From the NCBI GenBank assembly GCA_013239625.1, contig MU053559.1, positions 2,091,205-2,155,204 of the forward strand: a DNA stretch of 64,000 nt. Direction: 5' to 3'. Shown here piece by piece: positions 1 to 12,180 of the stretch (its first letter is position 1; every line of letters starts with the position of its first letter). The notes under the pieces are model-generated. The model did no database searches. It had not been told where the DNA came from and saw only the letters and a program-made list of their open reading frames with translations. A program made the position numbers and the translations under genes. This DNA comes from Lama guanicoe (taxonomy: Eukaryota).

Positions 1-692
1 TTCCTTCCTTCCTTCTTTCCTCAAAATTCCATGTAGTGCAGCAGAGGCTTAAAAAAGACACTAGGCCTTCTATTTCCATTAAACCCTACATCTTTGGCTA
101 CACATATTCTTACAAATCCGTGACTCCTCCACCCGAATCCTGCCCAGTTGAGTTCTTCATGCCAGAGTAGAGAACCTTACACTTATTCTTGTCACATTTC
201 ATCCCCTGTGACTCGGCTCACTCACCCCAACTTTTCAAGATCTTTTGCAGTTCTTTTTCTGTTACCTAGGATTATCACTTGCCCAGATAGTCATCTAGAA
301 ATCTGGTAAATGTGGATTAAAAATGTTGGCTAAGACAGGAAAAGGGCAGAGTTTGCATGGAGGTGAGGGTTAGGGCAGTCTATGGGGTGGTCTAGTCTGA
401 GAACTGTAAATTATTGTAATCAAAGATATTACTATGAGGGCAAAGAAGATGTGGAAAAGGAGGCATAGTTTTCCACAGAGGACAACCCACAGGATTGGGT
501 CTATAGGATTCCTCTCCCTCTGACCCCTATAACTTGGAAGTTACTTTATAATCTCAGAATAATTGGATGTGGAAATGTTGTTGAAAGCTGAGAGAATGGT
601 CATAAGTCTCCATATATTAACGTTTGTGAGTCCTCATCTATTAGTGAAGGTAGTTTATTTTCTATCAACAAGTGGTTTGATTTCCAAGGCTA

Positions 693-1291
693 TTGCTCCA
701 GAATCATACCCCTGCCCTTACCTTGAATGGAATTACTCTTATTTAAGTTTCAGGAGGAAGCTGCAAAGAGAAAAAAACAAGAACTGGTTAGAACCAACTA
801 GGCCCAAGATGGCGGAGGATCTGACTTCCACTAGACCTTGAGGCTTATTATACATGTACTGCAATACATTAGCATGCTAAGTGACACACCCACCAGCACC
901 TTGACAGTTGAGGATTGCCATGATAACAACCAGAAAAGCTCATACAAGGACTGAAAAGGAGTGTTGTATCAGTTCCAGGTCTAAACCACACTCCTGTTCT
1001 TGGATAAGTCATGACTGTCCCTCCCATTCTTCCCAATTCCTTCCCTTTTACCTCAACCCTCCTAAATATTTGGTGTCTCCACCTGAATTGGGTTGAGAAG
1101 TTGATTTGTTAGCTGGGTTTCAACGTCTCCATTCTTTGGCCATTGAATAAAGCTTGTGCTGTCCAGTCTCAACATCAGTTTCATTATTGGCTGTGTGAAT
1201 CTGATTTGAAAAGGAACCCCCTTGGCTGAGTTAGGGGATCTTGGCCTGGGCCAGGACTCTGGTGTGGGTCCAGCTGACCAATTTAGTAACA
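693..1291 (+). mobile_element. MER41-like ERV1 solo LTR
   Basis: Contains MER41-type blocks CCAAGATGGCG, CATTAGCATGCTAA..ACACACCCACCAGCACC.TGACAGTT and TTGCCATG; AATAAA at 1146-1151; ends ...TAGTAACA at 1291. The 5' boundary is approximate. Confidence 0.75.
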
Positions 1292-1687
1292 ATTTGAGCA
1301 GAATTTCATCCATGGCCCAGAATTTCAGTCATCCATTTCTTAACTGATTTCTGAACAATTTAGTGCTCTTTTGTTAGGGAGAATGTCTGACTCCAAATAA
1401 CCCAAGCAACAGGTAAATAAATACCTATTTGCCTAGTAGAGAGAGAAACATTAAGTAGTAATGAAAAGGCTAAATGAAGAGCAGAGGTCTTGGTAAAGTT
1501 AGAAAGACCTAGTTTTTGAAAGATTCTAAGATGGAAAAACACTCTTTTGTTAACAAAATTTCTGCCCTGACTTCAAATAGAAATTCTGTAGTTACTCTGA
1601 GCAGGAAAGTAGATACGTGCAGGTTCAACACAAAAAACGTCCGTTGTCTACATCCTCCTTTGTGACCAATGTGAAAACAATGTTATT

Positions 1688-1879
1688 ATTTATTTTTACA
1701 TTTTTTTCTGATTACATTCCATTGTACGTTATTACAAGATATTGGGTAAAACCCCCTGTGCTATACAGTGAGTCCTTGTTGCTTATCTCCTTTATGTACT
1801 GTAGTTTGTATCTGTCAATCCCGCATTCTTAGTTTGTCCCTCCCCACCTCCCTTTCCCCTTTACTAACAATAAGTTTGT
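1688..1879 (-). mobile_element. L1 3'-end fragment
   Basis: L1 3'UTR motifs (ccctgtgctatacag, ccctccccacctcccttt); degenerate TSD tgaaaacaatgttatt (1672-1687) / tgaacacagtgtgatt (1880-1895). Confidence 0.8.
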
Positions 1880-2556
1880 TGAACACAGTGTGATTAAACT
1901 TTTCATTTTCTGATTCCTAAAACCATGAGAACCAGAAGCATGAGAAATGAGAATAAATTCAATAGAAATTGCCCAATTATTTTAATTACACTTAATGTCT
2001 CTTCACTTTAGGGGTAGGAGGAAGCATTGGCATAAATTTATGTTAGCATAGAAAGTGAGTTTAAAAAATTTTGTTCCTTCTAAACAGAAAGCACTGGATT
2101 CCTGTTGATCAGTTAGGTTGATTTCTCAGACCTTTTTTTTTTTTTCTTTCCAATCCATAAACCAATTATGGTGATCTTTCAATTGATTTAGAGTTTTTTT
2201 AAAAAGGCTCATACCTCATACCCTATACTTTATATCAGCTTATATATCAAGCGCCATGTATCAGAGCAGGCGTTCCAAAGAACAGACCTTTTTACAGATG
2301 GGAGAGTGGGAGAACCCCCTGTAAATTTTAATCTTTCTTCAAAACAAATCCTTAAACATGGGTGGGCTTTTGGGGGTGTTTTGTGGGCTTTTTGACACCA
2401 TCTAATTTACTGTAGGTTGTCAACAAATGTTTTTGAAGTTCTTTGTTATTGTGTTACATAAGGGGTCACTTGGTAATAATAATTTCAAGCTAATTAAAAA
2501 GCCCAAACATTGATGCTGACAGTCTCCTGGGATGAGATAATCAGCCTTTGTTAGCG

Positions 2557-2608
2557 CTGTTAATTTAGCAAATGTGGTTCTTTAAAAACACATTTGCTAA
2601 ACTAACAG
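2557..2608. other. Near-perfect inverted repeat (hairpin)
   Basis: 23-nt arms 2557-2579 and 2586-2608 pair at 21/23 positions, with a 6-nt loop. Confidence 0.9.
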
Positions 2609-2904
2609 TTTCTAAAGATGAGGGAGTCAGAGAAATGACTACTCAGTTTTAGGATTATATCACAGAAGAGGCCCAAGGAAAACTGGCCAAAATGAAATGA
2701 TCATTTCATGTTGCCAGGATACGAGAGGCTAAGGGCCACATCCTATTCATCCTGTACCCTTCATAGTACCTAGCACACAGCCATGCACAGGTTGACCCTT
2801 GATGGATTTCTTTGTGAAATCACCAAATTTTTATATATCTAACAATAGTTGGAAGTCATAGACTTTTGGAACTTGAAGAGTTCTTTTAATATACTGGAAC
2901 TAGC

Positions 2905-3100
2905 ACATGCTTTGAAATTAGATACACATTCCAAATCTCAACTCTACCGCTGAGCAGTTGTGACCTTAGGCAAGTTGCTTACACATTTTGAGGTTCAGTT
3001 TCTTCACCTGTAAAATGAGAATGTTATTATGCAAGAATGAGGTGAGATAACATAATGTAAATAGCTTTGCACATTTCCTGGCTCAATAGATGTTATTTAT
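2905..3100 (+). mobile_element. MIR SINE
   Basis: MIR core tgtgaccttaggcaagttgctt...cagtttcttcacctgtaaaatgaga. Confidence 0.8.
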
Positions 3101-3164
3101 TATTGCAGTATTATTATTTTTAAGCATAGATAGGACAACCGTTTGACAGATGGGAGATAATAGA

Positions 3165-3420
3165 AATGATAATGGTTAATGTTTATTGAGTATTTTGTTA
3201 TATGGTAGTTATTGTGCTAAGTGGTTTATGAGCCTTATTTTATCTATTTACTTTTTTTTTTTTTAACAGTCCATCATATAAATGAACCCATCAGGTAAAT
3301 GAACCCATCAGGTAAATGAACCTATCAGATATTTACTCAGACTTCACAGATAAGGCAACTGAGGCTAATAGAAGGTAAGTAATTTGACCAAATTCACACA
3401 GCTGGTGAGCAGCTGTCATC
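3165..3420 (-). mobile_element. MIR SINE (contains local tandem repeat)
   Basis: Reverse MIR core acagataaggcaactgaggct...aggtaagtaatttgaccaaattcacacagct. Confidence 0.75.
3279..3329. repeat. 17-bp tandem repeat x3
   Basis: taaatgaacccatcagg twice, then taaatgaacctatcaga. Confidence 0.95.
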
Positions 3421-3771
3421 TAAGCTGTGTAGGAATAGAAGGCATTAATCTGAGTCCCGAGATTGAAGGGAAATGTTCAAGATCATCCTGTCGGCTAAAG
3501 TCAGAGCCAAGATTACCATTCAGAGCTTCTATATATGTTTCCGAGCCTGTTTTTCCATTTGCCTAACAGGGATAATAATAGTCCTATCACAAAAGATTGG
3601 GGGAGAATGTGGGAATGGGACATAGGCTGGAATGTATGAGGTCATAACCAAGAGAACGAGATGAGAGGAAATCAAAGACAAAGCCTTCGGACTTCAGAGT
3701 TTGGCCTGGAGTCTACCTGTCCAGCAGGCAGGCAGGAGGACTGCAGATCCCTGAGAAAGCAGTTTATTTTT

Positions 3772-3910
3772 ATTCATTCATTCATGCATGCATTTGTTCG
3801 TTGACTCATCCATCCACCCAACTGTGATTTATTAACCATTCATAATGGGCTCAGCTCTTCTAGGTCTCAGGGTACAGTGGTGAGCACAACACAGATAAGG
3901 AGCTCAATCC
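3772..3910 (-). mobile_element. L2 3'-end fragment
   Basis: (attc)n tail followed by typical L2 3' sequence. Confidence 0.55.
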
Positions 3911-4544
3911 TGATTTTGGCTGAATGCTGCCAAGATTTGGGGAACCTCATGGAGGCTAAGACACCTGTTAGCTGCTGGACCTCTGAGCCAGAAATAACAG
4001 ATTCCTGCTCCTCCTGCCTGCATCTTTCCATTCCTAGCTGAATCCAAAGCACTGGTCAGTTTGCTGGTCGCATGATGTCTGGGTTTTCTGAGGACCCACA
4101 GAGATAGGTCTGGAAAGGGAAAGCTGTTTGTACAATGAAGGAGAAAAGCCTCATTAAGCCATCATCAGAGAAGGATGTATATTCAGTAGAGCTAATTGCT
4201 CTGCTGTATTTGACGAGCCGTTCACATTGTAAATTTACGCTAACAGTAAATATGCAAACAAAGTCAAGTCACTTTGTTAGTGGATGGCTTTGGCTTTACA
4301 GTCCTCTGAGGATAGTACCTTGATTTTAAATTGTTAGAGGCACTTTATCCAAGAAAGGGGTCATTTCCAGTTACCACATTGCAGCTTGGTTTATTTGCCT
4401 CGCAACGATTTTCTGACATTCTCAAAAGTTAATTTGCATATATTTTGCATATTATATGAGAAATAATATCATATATAGTATCCTTTTATTGGCAAGACTT
4501 ATTTTCTCTTAGTAGTCAATATCATCCTCTCTTAACGGAAGATA

Positions 4545-7357
4545 GAATTCTTCCCAACACAATCCTAACCAAAACCCCAGCAAGCTATTTTGGAGCTGTC
4601 GACAAACTAATTCTAACATTAATATGAAAAGACAAAAGACCGAGAATAGCCAACATAATACTGAAACAGAAGAACAAGTTTTGAGAAATTATAGTACCCT
4701 ACTTGATACTTATTAAAAGTCTGCAGTAATCGAGACAGAATCATACTGGCAAAAGAATAGATACATAGATAAATGTAGCAGAAGACAGAGCCCAGAAATA
4801 AACCCATACAAACAAAGTCAACTCATCTTTGACAAAGGAGCAAAGGCAATTCAGTGGAGAAAAGATAGTGGCACTGGAACGAGTGGACACCCACATATGG
4901 AAAACTGAACATAGGTACAGACTTTGTATAAAAAACTTAAATGGATCTTAAATCTAAATGTAATATTCAAAATTATTAAACTTCTTAAAGAAAGCATAGG
5001 AGAAAATTGATTATAACTTTGGATTTTGTGATGAGCCTTGAAATATAACAATAAAGAAAAAACTGATAAGTGGGACGTTATTACAATTAAAATTGTAATG
5101 CTCTGCAAATGACAATGTTGAAAGAATGAAAAGACCAGCCGCGGACTGGGGGAAATGGTTGCAAAGCACATAGCTGATAAAGGACTGTTATTCGAAATGT
5201 AAAAGAACTCTTAAAACTCAACAATAAGAACAGAAACAATCCAATTAAAAGCGAGCAAAAGACACTTGATGAAGTGAACAGACACTTCATCAAAGAGGAT
5301 ATACAGGTAGCAAATAAGCATATGAAAAGGTGCTCAACATCATTTGTCATTAGGCAGTTGCAAATTAAAACAACAATGGGTGTAACTACAGACCTATCAG
5401 AGAGGCTAAAATCCAAATAACTGACAATATCCAGTGATGGCCAGGATGCAAAAGCAACAGGAACCCCCACTTATTGCTGCTGGGAATGCAAAATGATACA
5501 GTCTCTGTGGAAGACAATTTGGCAGTTTCTTACAAAACTAAACCTAGTATTCTCGTATGAACACTAATTGCACTACTCGGTATTTACCCAACTAATTTGA
5601 AAACAGGTTACACAAAAACTTGCGTGCAAATGCTTATAGCATCTTTATTTATAAATGCCAATCCTGAAAGCAACTAGGATGTCTTTCAATAGATGAGTGG
5701 ATAAACAAACGATGGCACATTCATGTAGCGAAATATTATTCAGGGATAAAGCAAAGTGAATTATCAAGCCACAAAAAGACATTTAAGATGAGTCTTAAAT
5801 GCAAATTAGTAAGTGAAAGGAACCTATCTGAAAAGGCTACACATTGTATGATTCCAGTTGTATGATGTTTTGGAAAGGAAAAGCTATAAAGACAGTAAAC
5901 AGATCAGTGGTTGCTAGAAGTTCGGGGTGTGGGGAGAGGGCTGTATACGCGAAGCACAGGAAGATTGTTAAATTCAGTACATCTATTCTGTGTGATATTG
6001 TAATGGTGACTATAAGCCTAAGTATCTCTCACACCCCATAGAATTTACAATACGAAGAGTGAACCTTAATGTCTACAAAATTTTAAAAAATCATTTAGAA
6101 AGTCGAAAGATTCCACGGTGCGATGCAGGATGTGACAAAACAGTCTAACTGTATTACAAATGCATAAAACAACCTCACTGAAGCTGGTAGGGGACTAAGG
6201 CGCTGACTTAAGTCATTTTGGAAGTGAGTGAAGTCTGTAAGACTAAAGGCAAAAGGAACTGTACAGAAGTGCTACTCTCGTTGATAAAGTTTTTCCCCCA
6301 GGGGCATATGGGCTAATAATTCTGAAACAGCTATACGTGGTGGATAGTGGGAGCCAGGTTTCTCACTGTAGGAGTAAGAGATTACAGATAAACAAGGTGC
6401 CAGAAAGTAAGAAAATACAAACAAATAAACCACAATGATTGTCATATGTCAAAGGGATACAGGAACTAGCTAACTGAAGGAACTATTAATGGCCAAAGCT
6501 GGGGCATTTTGAGCAACGAAATAAATAAAGTAGTAGTGGGTTATAACCCAAATAATAAAATAACTATTCATAAGTCTACACTGAATAAATAAATGGGGGA
6601 AATAATAAATGAATAAATAAATGAGGGGGGAATAGACAAACTTCCCGTACAGAATCCCAAATAGTTTACGTCAATATTGCCTTTCGAGGCAATGGAGGTG
6701 AACTCTTCAACCCTCGAGTATGGGCTGTACCTAGTGACTTGCCTTCAAAGAGCAGAGTATGGAAAAGGAGAAATAAAAGAAGAGCTGTGCAGTGGAGAAA
6801 CCTGGCAAACATTACCACAGCCAGATTATCCAGGTCACCATCAACAGTGATAAGCTGACAGTATGGACCCTTGACATGATGGCGTGAGAATTCCACTTCA
6901 CCTCTGTGGTCTTCATCCCCAAGTCCCATAACCCCAGTCTAATCAAGAGAAACACAACAGAAGAATCCCAAGTAATGGACATTCTACGAGATATCTGACC
7001 AGTACTCCTCAAGACTGTCAAAGAGCATCAGAAACAAGGCAAGTCTAAGAAATTGTCACAGCTGAGAGGTGTCTAAGGAGACACAGCAATTAAATGCGAT
7101 ATTGTATCCTGGCTGGATCCTAGAACAAGAAAAGGACACTAGTGCAAAGCTAAGATAATCTGAATAAAGTATGGACTTTAGTTCAAATAATAGATAAATA
7201 TTGATTCACTGACTGTGATAAATGCACCATACTAATGTAAAATATTAATAATAGGGGAAACTGGGTTTGAGGCATATGGGAACTTTCTGTACTATCTTTA
7301 CAATACTTCCATAAATCTAAAACTATTCAAAAATTAAAAGTTTATTTAAAAAAAAAG
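4545..7357 (+). mobile_element. Old L1 (L1MC-like): decayed ORF2 C-terminal part plus long 3'UTR
   Basis: ORF2 remnants (gagcccagaaataaaccc, atctttgacaaaggagcaaag, cacttcatcaaagaggatatac); L1MC-type 3'UTR; A-tail at about 7348-7357. Confidence 0.88.
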
Positions 7358-8649
7358 TAGGTTGATCTTATCTATTCCCATAGCAGCTATTTTTTCCTTC
7401 TTCTTTTTTGAAGTATCTAAACAATCCAAAGCTTCTACAATTCTTTTCTCCTGGTCCCGCCATTGGTGTGCAAAGAGAAATGGGAATCCCTTTGGGGAAT
7501 GTCATATTCTCTGAATCAAGAGAGTGGTTAAGATAGTGCCGGCAACTGCGTGGGAGTCATAATGTACATGATGGAGCGTTGTACATGATGGAGCTTAGTC
7601 TTCAAAGGTCTCTTTCTTTGACAGCAGGAGGCTGAATATCTTACTTACATTTCCTATTACTCATTAATCCTCAGAGCTGAGGGCTCCTGGTCATTCCTCA
7701 GAGCTGTTTCTTAGAAGGAGGGAAGGAAAGGATGGATGAGCTGGAGAAAGATTTAATTATCTTAAGTAAGTACTAATTGCAATAATGCTAAACATCTTAG
7801 ACATACTTAGCTGTGGATTATGGATTAAAATTACACTGCTTTTTTTTTCCCCTAGCAAGCCCGGTGTTACTAATAAGGTTCACAGAGTTTGCATTTTTCT
7901 CTTAGGAAGTAAAAGGAACACAGAGCTCATTAACTACTTGAATCTTTTAGACATAGTGCTCAGAGGAAGGTAAATGTGAGAGAGCAGTAGGGACCTAGGG
8001 AGGTGTTTACAATGTACAGCTCAATGAGATGCAAAAATATTCATTGTTAATAGCTTCTGCCGGGAGTTGAGCAACCCCAAAAAGAAAAGGAGAATTGACT
8101 TGTTGGTCTATGGAGGCCACCTGCCTGCTTCTTAAATTGTTTTGAAGGGGCCAGTAAGTACCCCCGTGAGTCCATCCTGGCACCTGCTTGGTGCTGTCTT
8201 GGTGAGCTATGTTAAACAGAACATGGAAATGGTCAAACCCACACATTGCCTTTTTCTAAAGGTTACATATGATGGGTAAATGAAAAGAAAGGGAAATCCG
8301 AGTGAAAGAAGAAAATTGTGAAGACTTTAACAGAGTTGAGTCCGCATAAGATTCCCATGAGACTCAGTCTTCAAAACTCAGTTCAGCTCACCCCCTCCCA
8401 CTACCTTCCCTTCTTTACCTTTTCCCGTCCTAACATCGACCGCCAGCATCATACATGTTCTCAACTTACCGAGAAGCCGGAAACAGTCTTCATGTGGCAC
8501 AAAATAATGAAGTGATGGTGTATTATGTGGTCCTGGAATCTTGCTCTTTCCCTGCCCTACTGCTGCACTGATGTGCTTGTCCTCCACAAAAGAGGCTGGG
8601 GCTGCCCTTAGAAGGTGCCGATTATGATGAAGTCAGGGTTAGTGGCAGA

Positions 8650-8810
8650 ATAATAATAGCAAACACGTGTAGCATTTACTCTGTGCCAGGCTCTCTTCTG
8701 AGCTTTTTTCATAGATTACCTCCTTGTAATCAAGTTTGTGACTCTGTGAGATACACGGAGTTTTACTTTCCCCCTCGTATAGATGAGGAAACTGAGGCAC
8801 AGAGGCTGTT
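8650..8810 (-). mobile_element. MIR SINE
   Basis: agatgaggaaactgaggcacagag core. Confidence 0.75.
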
Positions 8811-9509
8811 TTTGAGATTTTTACACGTTGATGCCTCACCTGTACCACACAAGCCGCCCTAAGTCTCAGATTTGTCCCTAAGGAAGGTAATCTGGTTTGT
8901 TTATTGGTGTCTGCCTTCCTCTCCACTGCTTCTCTTTAGCTTTAGGAAGCTCAAGCTGGCATTTCTGACCTGCGAAGCCATGGTATGCCTATCTCTCGAA
9001 ATTCTTTTCCTTTCTATATAAAGATGGGCGGGGTCCTCTTCGGTGTAAGCCAGGCTGGCATTCCTCCCATCTGCGCATGCCTGCATCCCTCTTGCGCTCA
9101 AAGCTGCCCGCACCTCAATCTTTCCCCTCAGCACCTCCTGCCTTAGCTCTCCTGATGGACCTGATTTGCCTTCACCCTTTCTCCATCCGTTTCCGGGGTG
9201 ACCCGCATCACCACACTCAACATCAGGATCACAGAACTCCAAATCTTTGGAACCAACTTTATTTAGCACAGTAGGTTCCCTTTTCCCTTTCTGGTCTTCC
9301 CACTGAGAAGGGGGAAGTCTTTTTTATGTCTTTAATTTTGCTTCTCTCTGGCCTCTGAGACCTTGATATTCAACCTTTGTAACCAGTTCATAACTCCTGA
9401 AATATTACTTAAATATTACTTATTGATGATGTTTCTTCTTGTTTAGGGATTCTGCGCTGTATTTCTGGTTAACACATTCGGGTAACACAGAACCAAAGGA
9501 GTCCGAATT

Positions 9510-9645
9510 ATGGACATTATGTAATGTGATAAATAATCACTTCGTTGGCAATCAGATTACAATATATAAATGTATCAAAGCCACACGCTGTACACCTTAG
9601 ACTTACACAACGTTACACGTCAGATTTATTCAATAAAATAATAAG
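9510..9645 (+). mobile_element. L1 3'-end fragment
   Basis: ctgtacaccttagacttacacaacgttacacgtcagatttattcaataaa. Confidence 0.7.
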
Positions 9646-10329
9646 AATGTGCTACTAAAGCATTCCTTTCATTGCATTATAAATCTTAAATATAAGCATA
9701 TTCTAACATAGTATATATTAACACAAATATGTTCTGATAGCACATAACTGTTGAGAAACTTCACTGCTCTTGGGAGAAATAATACAGGAGGCTCGAAGAT
9801 GTATTTAACAGCATCATTGAGGGCTATAATTCATAATGAATTAAAATAAATAATAAATGTTGCATAGGTGACCCAATACCAATTAATACTACGTAAATTT
9901 GTTCTGGAAAATATAAAATATTGGGTTGGTCCTGGGTGGTGGGAAGGGAAAAATCACCCTGACGTGAAATTCCTTTAACTGAGAACAGTTATTTTTCATT
10001 CTACATGAAAGATAAAATATTTACTTGAGAATGCTGTTTGCAATCAGCTAAATTATTAAGAGTGGTAAATCACTTCCTGTTTTGATGGCAGGAAGGGGGT
10101 TTTCACAAGGAAAGAGGAAGAAATGAAGAACGAAAATGTATATATTGAATATTCAGAGTTACTGAGAAGGAGGTAAGGGAGGCAGCTAAGAGGGAAGCAA
10201 GGGAGGGGGAAACTTGCTCAGACTTCACAACGTTACCTAAGCTCGTCTGGATTCTGCTGAATCACCGAAGCAAATACCCTTTCTGAAATTCTTGCTGTGT
10301 GATAAATGCTGTGTTACTTACACTGTTTT

Positions 10330-10480
10330 ATAACTTAACAACCAGCCTGTATTAGAGGTGAGGCTATTCCAAGTCCAAAGAGATTTAAGTAACCTGTCCG
10401 GGGACACAAAGTTAGCAGGTGGCAGAGCTGGGATTAGATCTCCGGGCGGCGCAGCTCCCTCCCGCCCCCGCCTCTCTGTC
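10330..10480 (-). mobile_element. MIR SINE fragment
   Basis: ttaagtaacctgtccggggacacaaagttagcaggtggcagagctgggatt. Confidence 0.65.
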
Positions 10481-11770
10481 CTATTCAGCAGAGCTGCTTG
10501 CGCTGTCTATGCATCAGCACACCCAAGCTGTGCAGGACGGCATGGTGCTGATGTGCAGCTGTGTCTCCGTGCGTAATTTCTATGATTTATGAAGATGCAT
10601 TTTTTTTAATTGAAAAAGACATTTATTTCCTAAAAGCAATGTGTGTTTGAGATTTAAAACTCAGAAACCTGCAAACAAACAGAAAACAAGGAAATGTAAC
10701 CTCTTCCACAAACCCTTCTACACAGAGCCAGCCGATCTTGGCATCATCATATCTATTCTTATAGCCTGTAAGTAATTAAAAATCAAAGGGCACAGACACT
10801 TTTAAGGCTTTTTTTATGCACTGCCGTATTGCCAGAAACATTGTTTTAGCATAGTATATGATATTAAGATGAAAATTCATTATTGGGAATTTGTTAATTG
10901 AAGTATCATTGAATCACAGTCGAGCTTCTGCGACATCTCTGAAATTTCCGTCTGGAGAAAACTATAAGATTTTATGATACAAAATTTTTTTTTTGGCTTA
11001 AATAACAACTAGTTACAATTTATCATGAAGGAAAGCACCACCTTTACAATAATGACAATGACATTGAGAAAGCCAAGGATTATGTTTACCAAGAAGCATC
11101 AAAAACATGGGAAAAATCATTTAAATCACTTTTGAAGTACACAAAAGAGATGATTGAAAAAGGAACCCATATTCTTGGATGGGAAGACTCAATTTGCAAA
11201 AGCTGTAAATTCTCTCTAGGTTTATTCATAAATTCAAAGTGATAGCAATATGAATTACAGCAGATTCTATTGTTTAATTTTGGTGATGTGGGTAGGAATA
11301 AGACGAAGTCACTCTGAAACTCGAATGGAAAAATAAATAAGAATAGTGGGGAAAATTTAGAAATAGGGTCAAGCAGGGAAGACCATCTATACCAATCAGA
11401 AAACTATTTTATAGGGCCTCAACAATGAGATATTAGCACATAAATATTAGGGCAGACAATTGGAACAGAAGATGAAATTCAGAAGTAGACTGAAATACAT
11501 ACAATACTTTAATTTATGATAAAGGTAGCCTCTCAGATCAGTGCTGAAAAGATAGACATTTTACATTTTGTTTTAGGCAACTGGAAAATAGTGACTTCGG
11601 CTCTATACCTCACACCATCTACTAGGATATATTTCAAGTAGATCAGAGATGTAAATCAAACCCTTTAAGTGCTAGAACAAAACACGGAGAAATGATTTGA
11701 TCACCTCAGAGTGGAGAAGGTCTTTTAAATTTCAAAATTCAGAAACTATAGCATTAAAAATTTGATTTTT

Positions 11771-12081
11771 TTCCTTTTTCAGTTTTATTAGGTAGAATTT
11801 TTACAGTTTGACTGCACATACACATTCTATTGCATGTAAATACATACATACAGTATACTGCGCATGTTTTTAGTTTACATATATGTACTGATCATTGTTT
11901 CTAAGAACAGAGTAGAGCTTTAGCTTTTTAAATCTACATAGTTATCAAAGGAATAAAACCAACTACAAAATAAGAATCAACAGAATGCAGTAATCCAATC
12001 ATAAAGGACAATCAAATGTGCTTACAAATATTCAAGAAATCAATCATCTAAGGCATAAATAACAAGTAGCTATTTATCTAC
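11771..12081 (-). pseudogene. 5'-truncated retrocopy of an unidentified mRNA 3'UTR (orphan retroposed fragment)
   Basis: Perfect 17-bp TSD ttaaaaatttgattttt at 11754-11770 and 12082-12098; minus-strand AATAAA at 11784-11789 followed by an A-rich tail; target site tc/AAAAA; body not recognisable as a TE. Confidence 0.75.
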
Positions 12082-12180
12082 TTAAAAATTTGATTTTTGA
12101 CTACCTAAAAAGAAAGATTTCTGCTTAAAAATCATCAAGTGAAAAGACATGGAAAAGCTAAGAAGAAAGTGCAATTTATA

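Noticed and set aside
2557..2608. miR-155 identity (shares CTGTTAAT...TAACAG ends)
   Set aside because: The interior does not match mature miR-155 (UUAAUGCUAAUCGUGAUAGGGG).
3279..3329. CRISPR-like array
   Set aside because: The repeats are head-to-tail with no spacers, in eukaryotic DNA; this is a simple tandem duplication, like the 17-bp doublet at 7563-7596.
7481..7490. NF-kB-like site TGGGAATCCC
   Set aside because: An isolated short motif, expected by chance in 64 kb.
8901..9269. 122-aa minus-strand ORF
   Set aside because: Non-ATG start, no recognisable domain and no convincing flanking splice sites.
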